NCBI RefSeq assembly: GCF_009914755.1
Contig: NC_060925.1
Strand: one strand, 5' to 3'
Origin: the human T2T-CHM13v2.0 reference genome, Homo sapiens
DNA length: 64,000 bases
Below the pieces are notes generated by a model, which worked only from the letters and a program-made list of their open reading frames with translations, was not told where the DNA came from and ran no database searches. This document shows positions 1 through 64,000 of this stretch, piece by piece (the stretch's first letter is position 1; each line of letters opens with the position of its first letter). The position numbers and the translations under genes are program-made.

Positions 1-134
1 TTCACCTACCACCTGCTAGGTAGTCTATAATTCAGCTCCCAAACCTCATCTGGTTGTCTACTTTCTCCAACCAATCCTCGTACTAATTCTTGCAGGCAGC
101 CTTCTTGAGGAGCAGGTGCAGAGAGAGACAAAGC

Positions 135-479
135 TGGAGCATAAGATGTGAAAGGAAGGGAGAGGAAGTAGGACTGGTAAGAGAATGAAGTCAAATTCCA
201 GTACAGGTCCAATAAAGCTTTGGCCAGCCTCGCTAAGAGCTCTGGAGTGAATACTGCCCATCAGAGGTGTCCAGTGGTGGCCATAATGGCTGAGCCTTTA
301 TAGTCCAGCCTTGCTTAATCACCCAGTTTAGGCTGCAGAGAGCATGACTGTGGGCAAGGCCATTGTCTGCGATTGAAGCAGAGTCTGATGGAACTGACAA
401 CTGGAGGTAGTCTTTGCAGCTTGGGAGCAAGTCCCTCCTTGAAGGGGGATCTGGGCAGCTCATCTCCATATCTACCACA
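135..479 (-). mobile_element. ERVL LTR, LTR16A-like
   Basis: Reverse complement begins TGTGGTAGATATGGAGATGAGCTGCCCAGATCCCCCTTCAAGGAGGGACTTGC, resembling the recalled LTR16A consensus. Confidence 0.65.
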
Positions 480-1457
480 AGGGCAAACAGATACCCAGCA
501 TATTCTCTTTTCAAGGAACCAAAAGCTGTACAGTACTTTTCCATTTTTCATCTTTTGGGGATATCTTCACCAGCTGGGGATTTTTTTTTAACCTGGTAAG
601 GGAGGCATAGCAGAGAATGCTATTTGTCCTCTAATATCCATTCTATCCTTCTTCCTTAATATTATAACCCCTGATTTTTAGTTGGGTATATGGCCACCCA
701 GAATAATGTTGTCAAATGACTAAGTTCTGGCCAATGGGCTATAAGTAGGAATGGTGTGTACAGCTTCCAGGAAGTATCCTTAAAGAGAGGGGACCATGGT
801 CATCTCTGTCCTTTTTTCTTTCCTGCATAGGACTGTAGACATGATGGCTGGAATTTAAACAGCTATAAAGGACCGAAAGGTAGAAGCCACATGTTGAGAA
901 TGGAAGAAATTAATTAGGTCCCTGATGGTCACAGAACCACCATACTAATCTAGACTGCCTACTTCTGCATTATGTATACATGATAAAGACATGAATATTA
1001 ATTTTAGCTAAGGACACTTAAAAATATTCTGTTACTTATAAACAAACCTATTCCTATTGGATGCAGAGTTTGGTTCCTATAAATTTGTGCTACACATAAC
1101 CTTAAAAGAAATGTGGTTTTTAGTGGAAGCATTTGGGCAGTGGGTGGTAAAGACTCAGATACTGCAAGATGGAAAACTGGTGACCTTTGTTCTCCAGTTG
1201 CCAGACATTTGGTAAACCTGTTGCCAGCTTTAGAAGACAGATCACACGCCAATCAAAATTGTGGCACGAAGGGAAATGGCTGGAAATATCTATAAACTTG
1301 GTATTTGCTGGCTTTTTCTTGACACTTTAAACCAAGTTCTATGAGATATGAATTCAGGCCAGAAGTAACCAATTTGCATGTAGAAATGGAAAAGAATACA
1401 GTTTTGCTAAAGGAGAAATTCTGCTGTAATCCAAGTGGATTAAAAGTCTCATAATTT

Positions 1458-1799
<342 letters not shown>

Positions 1800-1820
1800 C
1801 TATACCTTTAGACTGAAGTA

Positions 1821-2153
1821 CAGTTGGCCCTCCACATTCATGGGTTCCATATACATGGATTCAACCAACCACAGATCAAAAAATCTTATGAAAAAGGTAC
1901 ACAAAGTTCCAAAAAGCAAAACTTGAATTTGCCACGTGCCAAGTGTTAAATACTATGTTAAATCCATGTGAATGATGTGTAGGCATTGTATTAGGTAATT
2001 AAGTAATCTAGAGATGATTTAAAGTATAGGTGGGATGTGCATAAGTTGTATGCAAATACTATGCCATTTTATATATGGGACTTGAGCATCCTCGGATTTT
2101 GATATCCATAACGGTCCTGGAACCAATCCCCCATGGATACCAAGGGATGACTG
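1821..2153 (-). mobile_element. MER2B-like (TcMar-Tigger) DNA transposon
   Basis: Terminal inverted repeats CAGTTGGCCCTCC.../...GGGATGACTG flanked by TA on both sides. Confidence 0.8.
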
Positions 2154-3236
2154 TACACAGAAACAGTGCCTGTGAAACTTTGGAAGGAAATATGCCTGGC
2201 ATTTACCCACACAAGACTGACAAATATAGGATTGAGAATGCTGTGAACCTATTAAATCCCATTGTTTCCAAAGGGATTAGCTGTCATTAAGAGTGGGGTA
2301 ACTGGGGAGCACACAGAAACTGGGAAAAAAGTTTCGGGGCTTAAAAACTCATCTAGGCAAGAACTGTGGCTAGAATTTCTCCCACAAACAACTGACTGAA
2401 AGCAAAAGAATGAGAAGCATATTAAATTTTTACATTAATCATATTGCCAGAGACACACCAAACTTCTGCTATTGCTGTTGACAAGCACAGTTGTGGAGGT
2501 GTTTGATTTTTCTGAAGCAGCATTAGCAGAAACCTCAGTGTCTAGCCACTTGTCCTGTGGGCCTTGACAGACGGGACGTAGGATATGCATGGCACTGGTG
2601 CAGATCATAGTGGGTATAGTGTGGTTCTAGGGTCAGCGGTGCACGCAGCTTTCTGATGGTGGTTTCCTAGGCATGGCAGCAGCAGTGTGATTCAGAGACG
2701 TCATTTCCTGATCATAGAAGAGTCATTGCTTCCTTGGTGGCCTGGTTCTGGGAAGACTTTGGGACTCATTCCTGAAAAACTAATCTAGAGCCTATTTAAT
2801 CAACCCTCCCAAGTATTCAATATCTTTGTGTTTATACTAGCTAAAATGGATTCTATTTTCCGCAAATGAATCTTAACTGATACCACACATTGTGTACAGG
2901 AAGAATAGTGGCTGCAGACAATAGGATCTCAGGAATATGGGAAAGTAGAATTGCTTATCTGTTCTCGTAGAGTTTGAAAGTAGCAATAATTATGCTAGTA
3001 CTAGAAAATGAGACACTGCCACTCTGTGGTGCACAATGGCTAAGACTGACCTATATACATTTTCTAATCTTGTCCTTGTGTATTTCGTGATCTGCTGGTT
3101 CAACATCTGTTTGTACGTTAAACACCTCAATCTTAATATTCTAAGAACGATGATCCTTCCCATTGAGCCTACTAAGACCCCCATTTTAGCAAGGACCAAC
3201 ACTGAGTTGCTCAGGTTAAAAAAAAAATCGTTACTC

Positions 3237-3497
3237 TTTGTTTTTTTTTCTTTTTTCGGGTGGGAGGGTGGAGGGCAGGGCCTCACACTGTTGCCCAGGC
3301 TGGAGTGCAGTGGTGCATCTCGGCTCACTGCAGCCAGGGGATCCTCCTCCCTCATCCTCCCGAGTGGCTGGGACTACAGGCACGTGCCACCACGCACGGC
3401 CAATTTTTGGAGTTTTTTGTAGCGATGGGTCTTGCCATGTTGCCCAGGCTGATCTTGAACTCCTGGGTTCAAGCGGTCCACCGGCCCTGGCTACCCG
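3237..3497 (-). mobile_element. Alu (degenerate, AluJ-like)
   Basis: T tail followed by CCCAGGCTGGAGTGCAGTGG. Confidence 0.85.
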
Positions 3498-3673
3498 ACC
3501 TGTTTTTTCTTACATTATCATACAGCCAATCCATCAGTAGAGCTCGTTGGCTGTGCTCAAAATATATCTTGAACCCTACCAGTTTTCAACATCCCACCAT
3601 CTTATTCCAGACTACCATAATTTATTCCTTGGCTTATTGAACCAGCATCTTGGCTGACCTTTCCGCTGGTACT

Positions 3674-4435
<762 letters not shown>

Positions 4436-4539
4436 TGGGCTGAACGTATCCTGCTTAACTGCAGCACTTGAGCTGAGGTCACCTCACCAAAGCAGGCACA
4501 CAAACACAAAAGGAAGCACACAACCAGATGAGGCCTGCC

Positions 4540-6440
4540 TGCCGCTCCTGAACCCTTTGGGAGGGCTCGCGCGGGAACCCTGGGAAGCTCCCGCGGCCGG
4601 AGCTGGGCCTGAAACTGTTCTTTCGTTTCCTCCTGCGGCCGAGAAAGGGAAGAGGTAAACAGGCGAAAATGAGGCGAGCAGGGGCTGAGGACCGGGCCTC
4701 AGCTCTACAGCATTCGCCTGAGCATGTATTGTTATCCGTGGCAGCGCCTTGTCTCATTGGATGGCCCTAGGCCTAGTGTGGCCGCGACTCCGAACTGAAA
4801 GCCCAAGCGCGGCGGCGTCCAGCCGGGCAGCCATTTTCCGAAGCTGCTCTCTTGGTAACCCCGCCCGGGCGCGTACGCACGAACGGAGGCGGGGCTTACC
4901 GCGAGGGCCTCGCCCCGGAAGCCGCACCCTCCGCGGCGTCCCACCGTCGAGGATTAACAAAACGCCAAACAAGATTTTAACAGTCGGCAGCGAAAGCGCG
5001 CACTCGAGCGCCAATGAGAGCGGAAGGAGGGGCACCGCGCCTGAGGAACACTCCGTATGTCGAACAATGATTGGCTGGAGCCCACCTTTCTTCTTTTTTG
5101 CTATTAGATGGGCTTGCTGCTCCCGCCCATCTAATTGGCTTTGGTCTAGGTACTTCTGATTGGCTTCCCCCGGGCGGTGGGAGGCGCGGTTTTGGGGATT
5201 GTTCATCATGGATTGGTGAATTTGGGCTCCTTCTCGAGGTGGTGGCCCATCCCGTCTGCTCTCTGTCCCGTCTCCCGACCCGTACGCTTTTCCCTCAACT
5301 CGCGCGCACGAATGGTTAAAAAAAGGGTGTGAGGCTCGAGCCCGCCAGCCAGGCCGCTAGCACCTCGCGCGCGCCCTCAGCGAGGACCCGCACGAGCTGC
5401 CCGGCTCTGTGCCTGCGTTGTTTGAAACTGTGGAACCCGTTAGGCTTTTGGGGAACTACAGTCCCAGCTGGCTCCGGAGCCCGTGCGTGCCAGGGGCGAG
5501 TGGCCGTCGCGAGACGGCTCCTGCCTTTCGTGTCTCTGCAGCGTGGAGACTGGAACCGGCAATTTCAAAGGACGCCACGTTCAATCGCAGCGCTGGCGCG
5601 GGCGGAGGCTAAAACACGGGGGTCCTGAGACTGAGGAAAACGCGCCAAGTTCCCCTCGGTGGCGGAGTGCTAAAGACCCTAGCGGTTCAGGCGTTCGGCG
5701 AGCGGGGCCGCTGCTTGTTGCGCTCCTGGCTCTCCCGGGGCGGGCGCAGATGGGCGCCGCTCCCGGGATGTAGTTGGTGTTGGTGCAAGGCGGGAGCGAG
5801 CGGCGGTCGGGGTTCCCGCTCTTGGGAGCGGATGGTCACTCCCCCGCGGGGAGGGCGAGCCGACCAGATTTTCCTGGGGCCGGGGACCCGGCGGGCTCGG
5901 GGCAGGGACTCACCTGTCGCACCCACACTCATTCGGGTTGGACTTGCCGGCGTCACCGCCGCGGACTTCGCTTTGGGCCATGACCAGGTAAGGAGGGCCT
6001 GGGAGGAGGGGCCGGCTCCCGGGCGCGGGGGCAAGTTCGGCCGGCGCGGGAGAGGAGCTGCCGGGGAGACCCCGGGACCGTGTTGGCCTCGCACCCTGGT
6101 CGACCTGCCAGGGGGAGCCGTGTGTGCCTCGGGCGTGGCGCCTGTCTTGCCGCCGCCGGGACGCGAGAAGGCAGGTGCGGGCTGGGCGTAAATAGGCCAA
6201 CTCCGCGGCGAGGGCGCCCGGCGCGGGGGTGTGGGCCGAGGACGCCGCCGCCAGCCTCCCCCGACCGGGCAGCCTGGTCGCTGCTCGTCCTTCCAGCTTT
6301 CTTTCCGTTCCCGAGAGCGGTGAAGGATGGGGAGAAAGAAACGTTTCCACGCAGGTTGCCCTGTGTCGGTAATTGCGAAATTTTACCGCGCATTTTCTTT
6401 CACTTACACTTTTTCAAGAAGTGTTTAGAACGCCGCGTGT
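4540..6440. promoter_or_regulatory. CpG island / USP1 promoter with CCAAT cluster and E2F-like, CHR-like, ZNF143/THAP11-like and YY1-like motifs
   Basis: High GC and CpG density. CCAAT/ATTGG at 4756, 5011, 5070, 5134, 5159, 5212; TTTGAA 5421; TTCAAA 5564; CGCGCCAA 5641; GGAACTACAGTCCCAG 5452; GCCATTTT 4830. Confidence 0.9.
5660..5987 (+). other. USP1: USP1 non-coding exon 1 (5' start approximate)
   Basis: Strong donor CAG|GTAAGG after 5987 inside the CpG island. The TSS cannot be fixed from sequence alone. Confidence 0.75.
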
Positions 6441-7751
6441 CTTAAACCTTGGCGAAGATGTCCTTGTAGATTTTTGTTGAAAAATCGGAATCGAGTCGTG
6501 TCATCTTATAAAGAATTTAAAACTATTGGGACTGAGTGTTCACGCTGTCAACAGATAATGGTCGATTCGTCGTGCTTTCTGCGAAAGTTGATTTAGTTAC
6601 AGGAGAAATATTTTGGATGTAACAGCCCCCCAGTTACAAGGAAAGCCAGGAGCAAGAAATAGCAAGGAAGATACTGCACCTGGCAAAATGTTACATTCTC
6701 GGTGTGAGCTTTGCTTTGAGGGGCTAGGAGGTTTGGTTTTTTGATTAAGCTGACGATCCGCTATTTCACCTGCCTAATCATTCTTCCCTTCTGTGTAGTC
6801 TGGTTACTCTGTCGGTTTGAGATCCAGTTTCTGTCATCCATTAAATTGGCTCTCGAGAAAAACCTTTTATCAGAATCATTAATGCTTGGCGATCCCTGAG
6901 AACTTAGCGCAGGTTGGTTTATCATTCAGAAGACAGCGCTTCCTCAGAAGCATTAGGTAGACAGGAGAGTAAGTGAAGTTGGAGACAGAATGGAGAGATG
7001 GATCAGCTTTCCAGTGCTTCCTGATTTGGGTCTCAGAAATGGTTTCAGTGTGCTGAGTTCAGTATGAATTCCTAGATCAGTGTCAGCCATGTGAAATGCT
7101 TATTAAGGATGAAATTTGAGTGAGTCTTGTGTAGTTCATTTTATTACTCTGCATTTTAAATTTGAAACTCGTTGCTGAAGTTTTGGGCTTTAAGTAATTT
7201 TATGGTAATACTCTAGTCAGATAATTTTTCCTCCCATGTCCTGAAAAATAGGCCTGATGTAGAAAATATTAACTCCTACACTCCTACAAATGTTGCCATT
7301 TTTTTTTCACGTGCAAGTTTTACTTTAAAACAGGGTGGGAAAGTTGCAAATGGCAAACCAAATCATCTTTTTTTCCTACTCAAAGCACTATTTTTAAAAT
7401 CCAAAGTTTTTTAAAAAGTTTGGAAAACGAGTATTGTGGTTTCTAGTGCATTAAGAATTGGATTTACACAAAGTGCATCGAACAGTTTTTTTTATCACGG
7501 TCTCAACTTTGCTTGTGTTTTATCTTTCACTTACGGTTTTAGGTATAACTTAACACCATCTCTATGCCTTGAATGCAAATTATTCTTTAATAAGCTTTTT
7601 AGGTACTTTATTTTCATATATCCATGTTAATAACTAGAAAAGGCATTGGAAGAGAGGACTCATCGTCCAGCACTACTTTGATTTTCCATTCATCCTTTCC
7701 TACCTTGTACTTGAGAATTAGAGGTGGTAGTGCTCAGTCAATATTTTCTGA

Positions 7752-8069
<318 letters not shown>

Positions 8070-8455
8070 CCTTGAAATAATAAGTTTTTACTACTTATAC
8101 TATTTTACTGTAGGTCTACTAAATAGGATATTTTGTAATGCGACCCTTAATCCATAGCAGGCTGATTTTAAAAATTCAGTAGCTTCTGTTTTTTGTTCTT
8201 TAAGAACAGTGTGGTATGCTTCTTCATTTAAGCAATAAATATTGAGTGCTTATTGGCAGGCATTAGGTTTTCAAATGTTAATTTCTAATTTGTACCATTC
8301 CCTTGGTAAATTTGTTTTCAAAATTGATGATTTTGTTGCCAAAACTGATAACCAAAAACTAATGAAACTTTCTCTGTGATTAACAGATATAATTGGTGAT
8401 TACAACTTTCCTCTATAAATTAACTCTTGACACTCCTTGGGATTTGAAGAAAAAA

Positions 8456-19568
<11,113 letters not shown>

Positions 19569-20390
19569 AGTGAGTGTATTTTCCTTGTGTATATATTAAA
19601 CACACCCATACAAACATTGGTAAAGTTGATTACATCAAAGAATCTTTAGCTTATCTTTTGAAGCTACTGGATATTATTGGTCTCTCTAGGTTTTTATATA
19701 AATAGTGAAATTTGAATTACTGAAAACCATGTTAATTTTTAGAACTCATTTTCCTCAGTAGAGACTAGTGATGCATTAGCTTCTGGGAACAAACTTGTAT
19801 CGGTTCTTAATTAAATTATCCAAAACGGAGGCATTTAAACACTTGGATTTACACCAGTCTTTTGTGTTTGCTTTTTAAAATAAAGTGCTCGTATTTGTAT
19901 TCTCCATATTTTGGAGTAATTATCTACATGATGTTTATAGTTCCTGTGGTTTTTCACCCAAGAAGCAGAATCTCATTCAGTACATTTAGTTTTATAAGAG
20001 TCATGAAGCTAAATCCTTGGGCTATGTCAGAGGCACAAAGTCTAGAATGTGTGTATTCACAATGGTGTATGTACATTTTGTGCCTTGATTCACTTAGAAG
20101 TGTCTCAGAAAACCTGGACAGTTCGCTTCTACACAAGAATTTTATATGTATTTATGAAGATGATTCTGTACCCTAGTATATCTTTTTGGGCATGGACTAA
20201 TTTGTATCTGTTTAACTCATATTCTGCACGATCTGTATATAGTACATCAAACTTAGAGGTGTGACCTTAAATTTAACTTTTTTTAAAAACTGGGAGGTCA
20301 ATAAAATTTAAACTGCTTAACTATGTATATGAATATTTGAATTTTTTACTTGTATATTTTTATAAATACAGCTGAGTTTTCTTAAAGCGA
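19569..20390 (+). terminator. USP1: USP1 3'UTR with poly(A) signals ATTAAA 19595, AATAAA 19879 and AATAAA 20300 (3' end approximate)
   Basis: Hexamers read directly; AU-rich, repeat-free sequence after the stop. Confidence 0.75.
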
Positions 20391-20834
20391 ATAAGTGTGT
20401 GTATATATATATGTATATATATGAGAGAATAAGCATGCATAATTACCTTTATTACTGAATACTTTCTGACAGTGCAGGAGTTTTTCAAAGAGGAGAAATT
20501 GTGCTTAGTCCAGCCAAGCTGTCATACTTAAAAGAGGTTTATAATGAAATCTGTTGCATCTAATTGTCCTTTAAAGTAGACATGATTTAATGGAATCCAA
20601 AACTGGAAAAGTTAAGATGATGCTTTGGGCACACATAAAAACTTGGTTAAAATTTCATTTTAAACTAGTATACTGAAGTGGTAAGTGATGAATGATTTCA
20701 TGACTTGTTAATGGACATTCTTGGTACTAAGTTTTTCCTAGAAATGATTCTAAATATGTAAATGCTATTGGGGTAACACTTTAATACCCCATTTCAACAA
20801 GGAGTACCTTCTCAATTAAAAAAAAATCGCAGTA

Positions 20835-21127
20835 GGCTGGGCGCGGTGGCTCACGCCTGTAATCCCAGCACATTGGGAGGCTGAGGCTGGTGGATCACGA
20901 GGTCAGGAGATCGAGATCATCCTGGCTAACACATGAAATCCCGTCTCTACTAAAAATACAAAAAATTAGCCGGGCGTGGTGGCAGGCATCTGTAGTCCCA
21001 GCTACTCAGGAGGCGGAGGCAGGAGAATGGCATGAACCCAGGAGGCGGAGCTTGCAGTGAGCCGAGATTGCGCCACTGCACTCCAGCCTGGGCAACAGAG
21101 TGAGACTCCGTCTCAAAAAAAAAAAAA
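20835..21127 (+). mobile_element. AluY
   Basis: GAGATCGAGA, GGCTAACAC, GAATGGCATG, GAGCTTGCAG. Confidence 0.92.
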
Positions 21128-21908
21128 CACAGTTACATAATGTCTTATATTCTTTCATAGGATGATGAGATGGTAATAAAGTCATGGTTCTCCCCACCTT
21201 TCAGAATCACTAATGGAAATCCTTAAACAGTCCTGAGCGCTACCTGTAAGTTTTGAATGGAATGGGTCTAAGATAGACACTGGGCCTCTTAATACTCGAG
21301 AGACAGCCAGTTCTAAGAACTAACACAAATTCCTGATGTGAGAAAGTTCCATTTTAAGAAAAATGAAGTTTGTAAGAGGTTTGTATCATACGAATGTTTA
21401 AGAGGAAGCCTCTGTTCTGAAGGATGTCAGAAAATAATTGGTTTTGCATAATTATATAAATCATAAAGTCCTTGATATTACTGAGATTTCTGAGATTTTT
21501 GTCCAAACTGTTATATAAATGTAACCTAATGAGAAGTGACCCTTCAGTGGTTCCTTATTCTCTCCCTTATGTTTATACCCACCACTGACCCCCAAAGAAG
21601 AAGGGAAAATGTCACTTTTTTTGGAGGGGAGGGATTTCCATTCTTGACTCCTTACCTTTCCTTATTGTTCATTTGGCTCCTCAAATAGAGTTTTGAGGTT
21701 ATGCCCTTCTGACTCAGATTTGGTCTAACAATGTAGACTCATCTGAAAAATGTTTTTGTGATTCAGTCTTTGAATTGATATAGATAAGAGGAATTTGAGA
21801 TGATACTGCCCATTAAAGTACATGGAGTGTGGGATATCAACCATCACTTAGGCTCTCAGAAGTAGATATTTTTTAGTATATTTTGAATATTTACTACATT
21901 GACTATAG

Positions 21909-22870
<962 letters not shown>

Positions 22871-23309
22871 ATCTGGTTAGTTCTTAAGTGATTCATGTAA
22901 CTGGTCAGTAGAAGAAAAGGATTATAAATGATGCCATTCTGTAAACTGCACTACTACCCAAAAACCATTGTTCTAAACTGTTCTGGAAATCATTACTATG
23001 CATCGTTTTGGAAAAACTTGCCAAGAATTAAAATGTTACTTCTCAAATTTTTTTTCTGTATGACTTGCATATAATTTTAGATGAATTAAAGCACCTAATT
23101 TTACTTTTTATATGCTTCTAAACTTTACAAGTGTCAGAAAATAGGTAATTTCTCAAACTCCAGCTGTGTTACCTTCATGGTGCTACAAGATAGCTTTAAG
23201 TAGATTCTAATTTACTGGTTTACATCGTCAAAAACTGATGGCTGGTTTTAATTTGAAACAGAGAAATCATTCATTTTAGTTGCTAAGAATCATGAAGTTC
23301 TTACTACTA

Positions 23310-24000
23310 TCATTGGTGTAATAAGATTTAATCAAGTTAAGGTGTTGTCACTGGTATTAGTTATCCCCGTATTTAAATTATTTTACACAAAGGTTTTACT
23401 AAGTAAAGTTCTGCAATTCTAAATTCCTGTTTTGGGTATGTAAATGGAAAATAACTTTGAAACAGTTACCAAACTCATTAATTTGGGGCTATCTATGATT
23501 TTTATTCTGCTAGGTTTGGAACTAGTTCTTGAGTCAACCCTTTAATTGTTCTCTGCCATTGTCAATAATAAAAATTTTGAAGTCCCACTCGGTAAAATTA
23601 GTGTAAACATTCACATATTTAATAGTACCTTTAAAATAAGCATTACTACATTTAAAATGGTTCCAAAATGAATCTATAAATGGTAATATAAATTAAAAAA
23701 TACGAACTTAAAGTGAATAAATTTTTAACCTTAGCTATGGTATAAATAATGGTAAATGTATAGTGTACCTTTGAGTCATTAAAATGTCTTAAAAGATAAC
23801 AGCTTGTTACCAGAACATTAGAAACCATAGCCATGATTCTCAAGCGTTAACAATCTACATTTGATATTTTCTTGGCCACTGCATTCTTCAATGAATAATA
23901 ATTTCCAGAATTCCATTCCATGTTGTTTTCCAATAGATCTTTTCACACTCGATGTTGAATACATGGCTCTTTGCAGATGAATAAAACAAGTGCATTCAGT
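23310..24000 (-). terminator. DOCK7: DOCK7 3'UTR with poly(A) signals ATTAAA (23623-23618), AATAAA (23506-23501) and ATTAAA (23332-23327); end approximate
   Basis: tttaat/tttatt on the plus strand downstream of the stop. Confidence 0.7.
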
Positions 24001-63076
<39,076 letters not shown>

Positions 63077-63891
63077 TTAGTATGTGCTTCCCAAGCTGGG
63101 AGGGAGTTTAGATAGCTCGCTCAGAGTTTACCTAGAAAGGTTTTTGATACTGTGCACAACCCACTTAGTTTTAAAGTAGTATGAAAATGTCGCTATGCAG
63201 GCCTAGAGAAATAACTGTGGCCTATGGAATGGATAATATCAGTTGGTGGGGGGGGCAGGAGGGGCAAAAAAGAAATACGCCATATTAAATTCTGACTTTT
63301 AAGAAAATAACCAGTTAAGGGAAAAAGTATGGAAATTTATGTGTTCATTACAGAAACATAGAGAAGTTTTATACACAAGGGAAAAAGAAAACTTCTAAAA
63401 GGTACTTTTATTACTTTATTTCAAAGAGATTAAATTGTTTTATTTGTGCTTTTAATGAACCCCAAAACTGCAGGAACAGAGGGTCACATGACAGAGAAAA
63501 ATTCTTAAGTTTTACTATTGTATCTATTAAGGTGTTAATACAATACGATTTATGGAGTTTTCAAAATGTGCCCTTAGAAATATCATTCTTCAGTCATAAC
63601 TGTATTGAAAATCAGGTAATTAATGTTATCGTAAAACATTCATATACTGTATTTTCTTCTGAAAAGACTGAGTTTTACATTGAAAATATTGGTATGGGCC
63701 TTCAAAGGAACTCTGGGGCCCAGGACACCAAGGTGTTAAATGTGTGTTATGAATACTTAAAAAAATCCTCGTTTTTGATAATCAATAAGTACATTTGCAT
63801 TGTTCTTAAAAGAAGAGACACAGAAGATCCAAAGATGCCACCTGGAAAAAGTGCATTTGGACTTTCAATCTACCATTAGAAAAATCACTCA

Positions 63892-64000
<109 letters not shown>

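Noticed and set aside
5503-5518. GCCGTC-GCGA-GACGGC hairpin (GNRA loop) overlapping a partial TCGCGAGA motif
   Set aside because: A 6-bp stem is expected by chance in GC-rich DNA, and the BANP/ZBED1-type motif is incomplete.
4479-6445. Many overlapping 60-174 aa ORFs on both strands
   Set aside because: Expected by-product of GC-rich CpG-island DNA with few stop codons; Arg/Gly/Pro-rich, no recognisable domain, mostly non-ATG starts.
19862-20176. 104-aa ORF in the USP1 3'UTR
   Set aside because: Starts at TTG, has no recognisable homology and spans a poly(A) signal.

Overview
This is primate (human-like) genomic DNA holding two convergent genes. The + strand carries the complete USP1 deubiquitinase gene: a CpG-island promoter (~4.5-6.4 kb), a non-coding exon 1, and 8 coding exons (8456-19568) that splice by GT-AG into 785 codons plus stop. 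The - strand carries the 3' part of DOCK7: 11 exons (63050 down to 24001) encoding the DHR-2 Rac/Cdc42 GEF region, including a 15-nt microexon and a tandem acceptor. The rest is dense repeat DNA: more than 45 Alus, a near full-length Tigger2 containing an L1PB that itself contains Alus, plus MER2/MER2B, Tigger3a with nested MER30, Tigger4a, MER5A, ERVL/MaLR LTRs, L2 and MIR. I found no convincing new gene or novel biological system. The best leads are the DOCK7 STGWE/DGK splicing switch, splice-junction uORFs and a G-quadruplex in the USP1 5'UTR, an Alu layout favouring USP1 circular RNAs, and a templated palindromic insertion whose apparent donor lies 1.3 kb away. Repeat subfamily names are recognised from memory and repeat boundaries are approximate.
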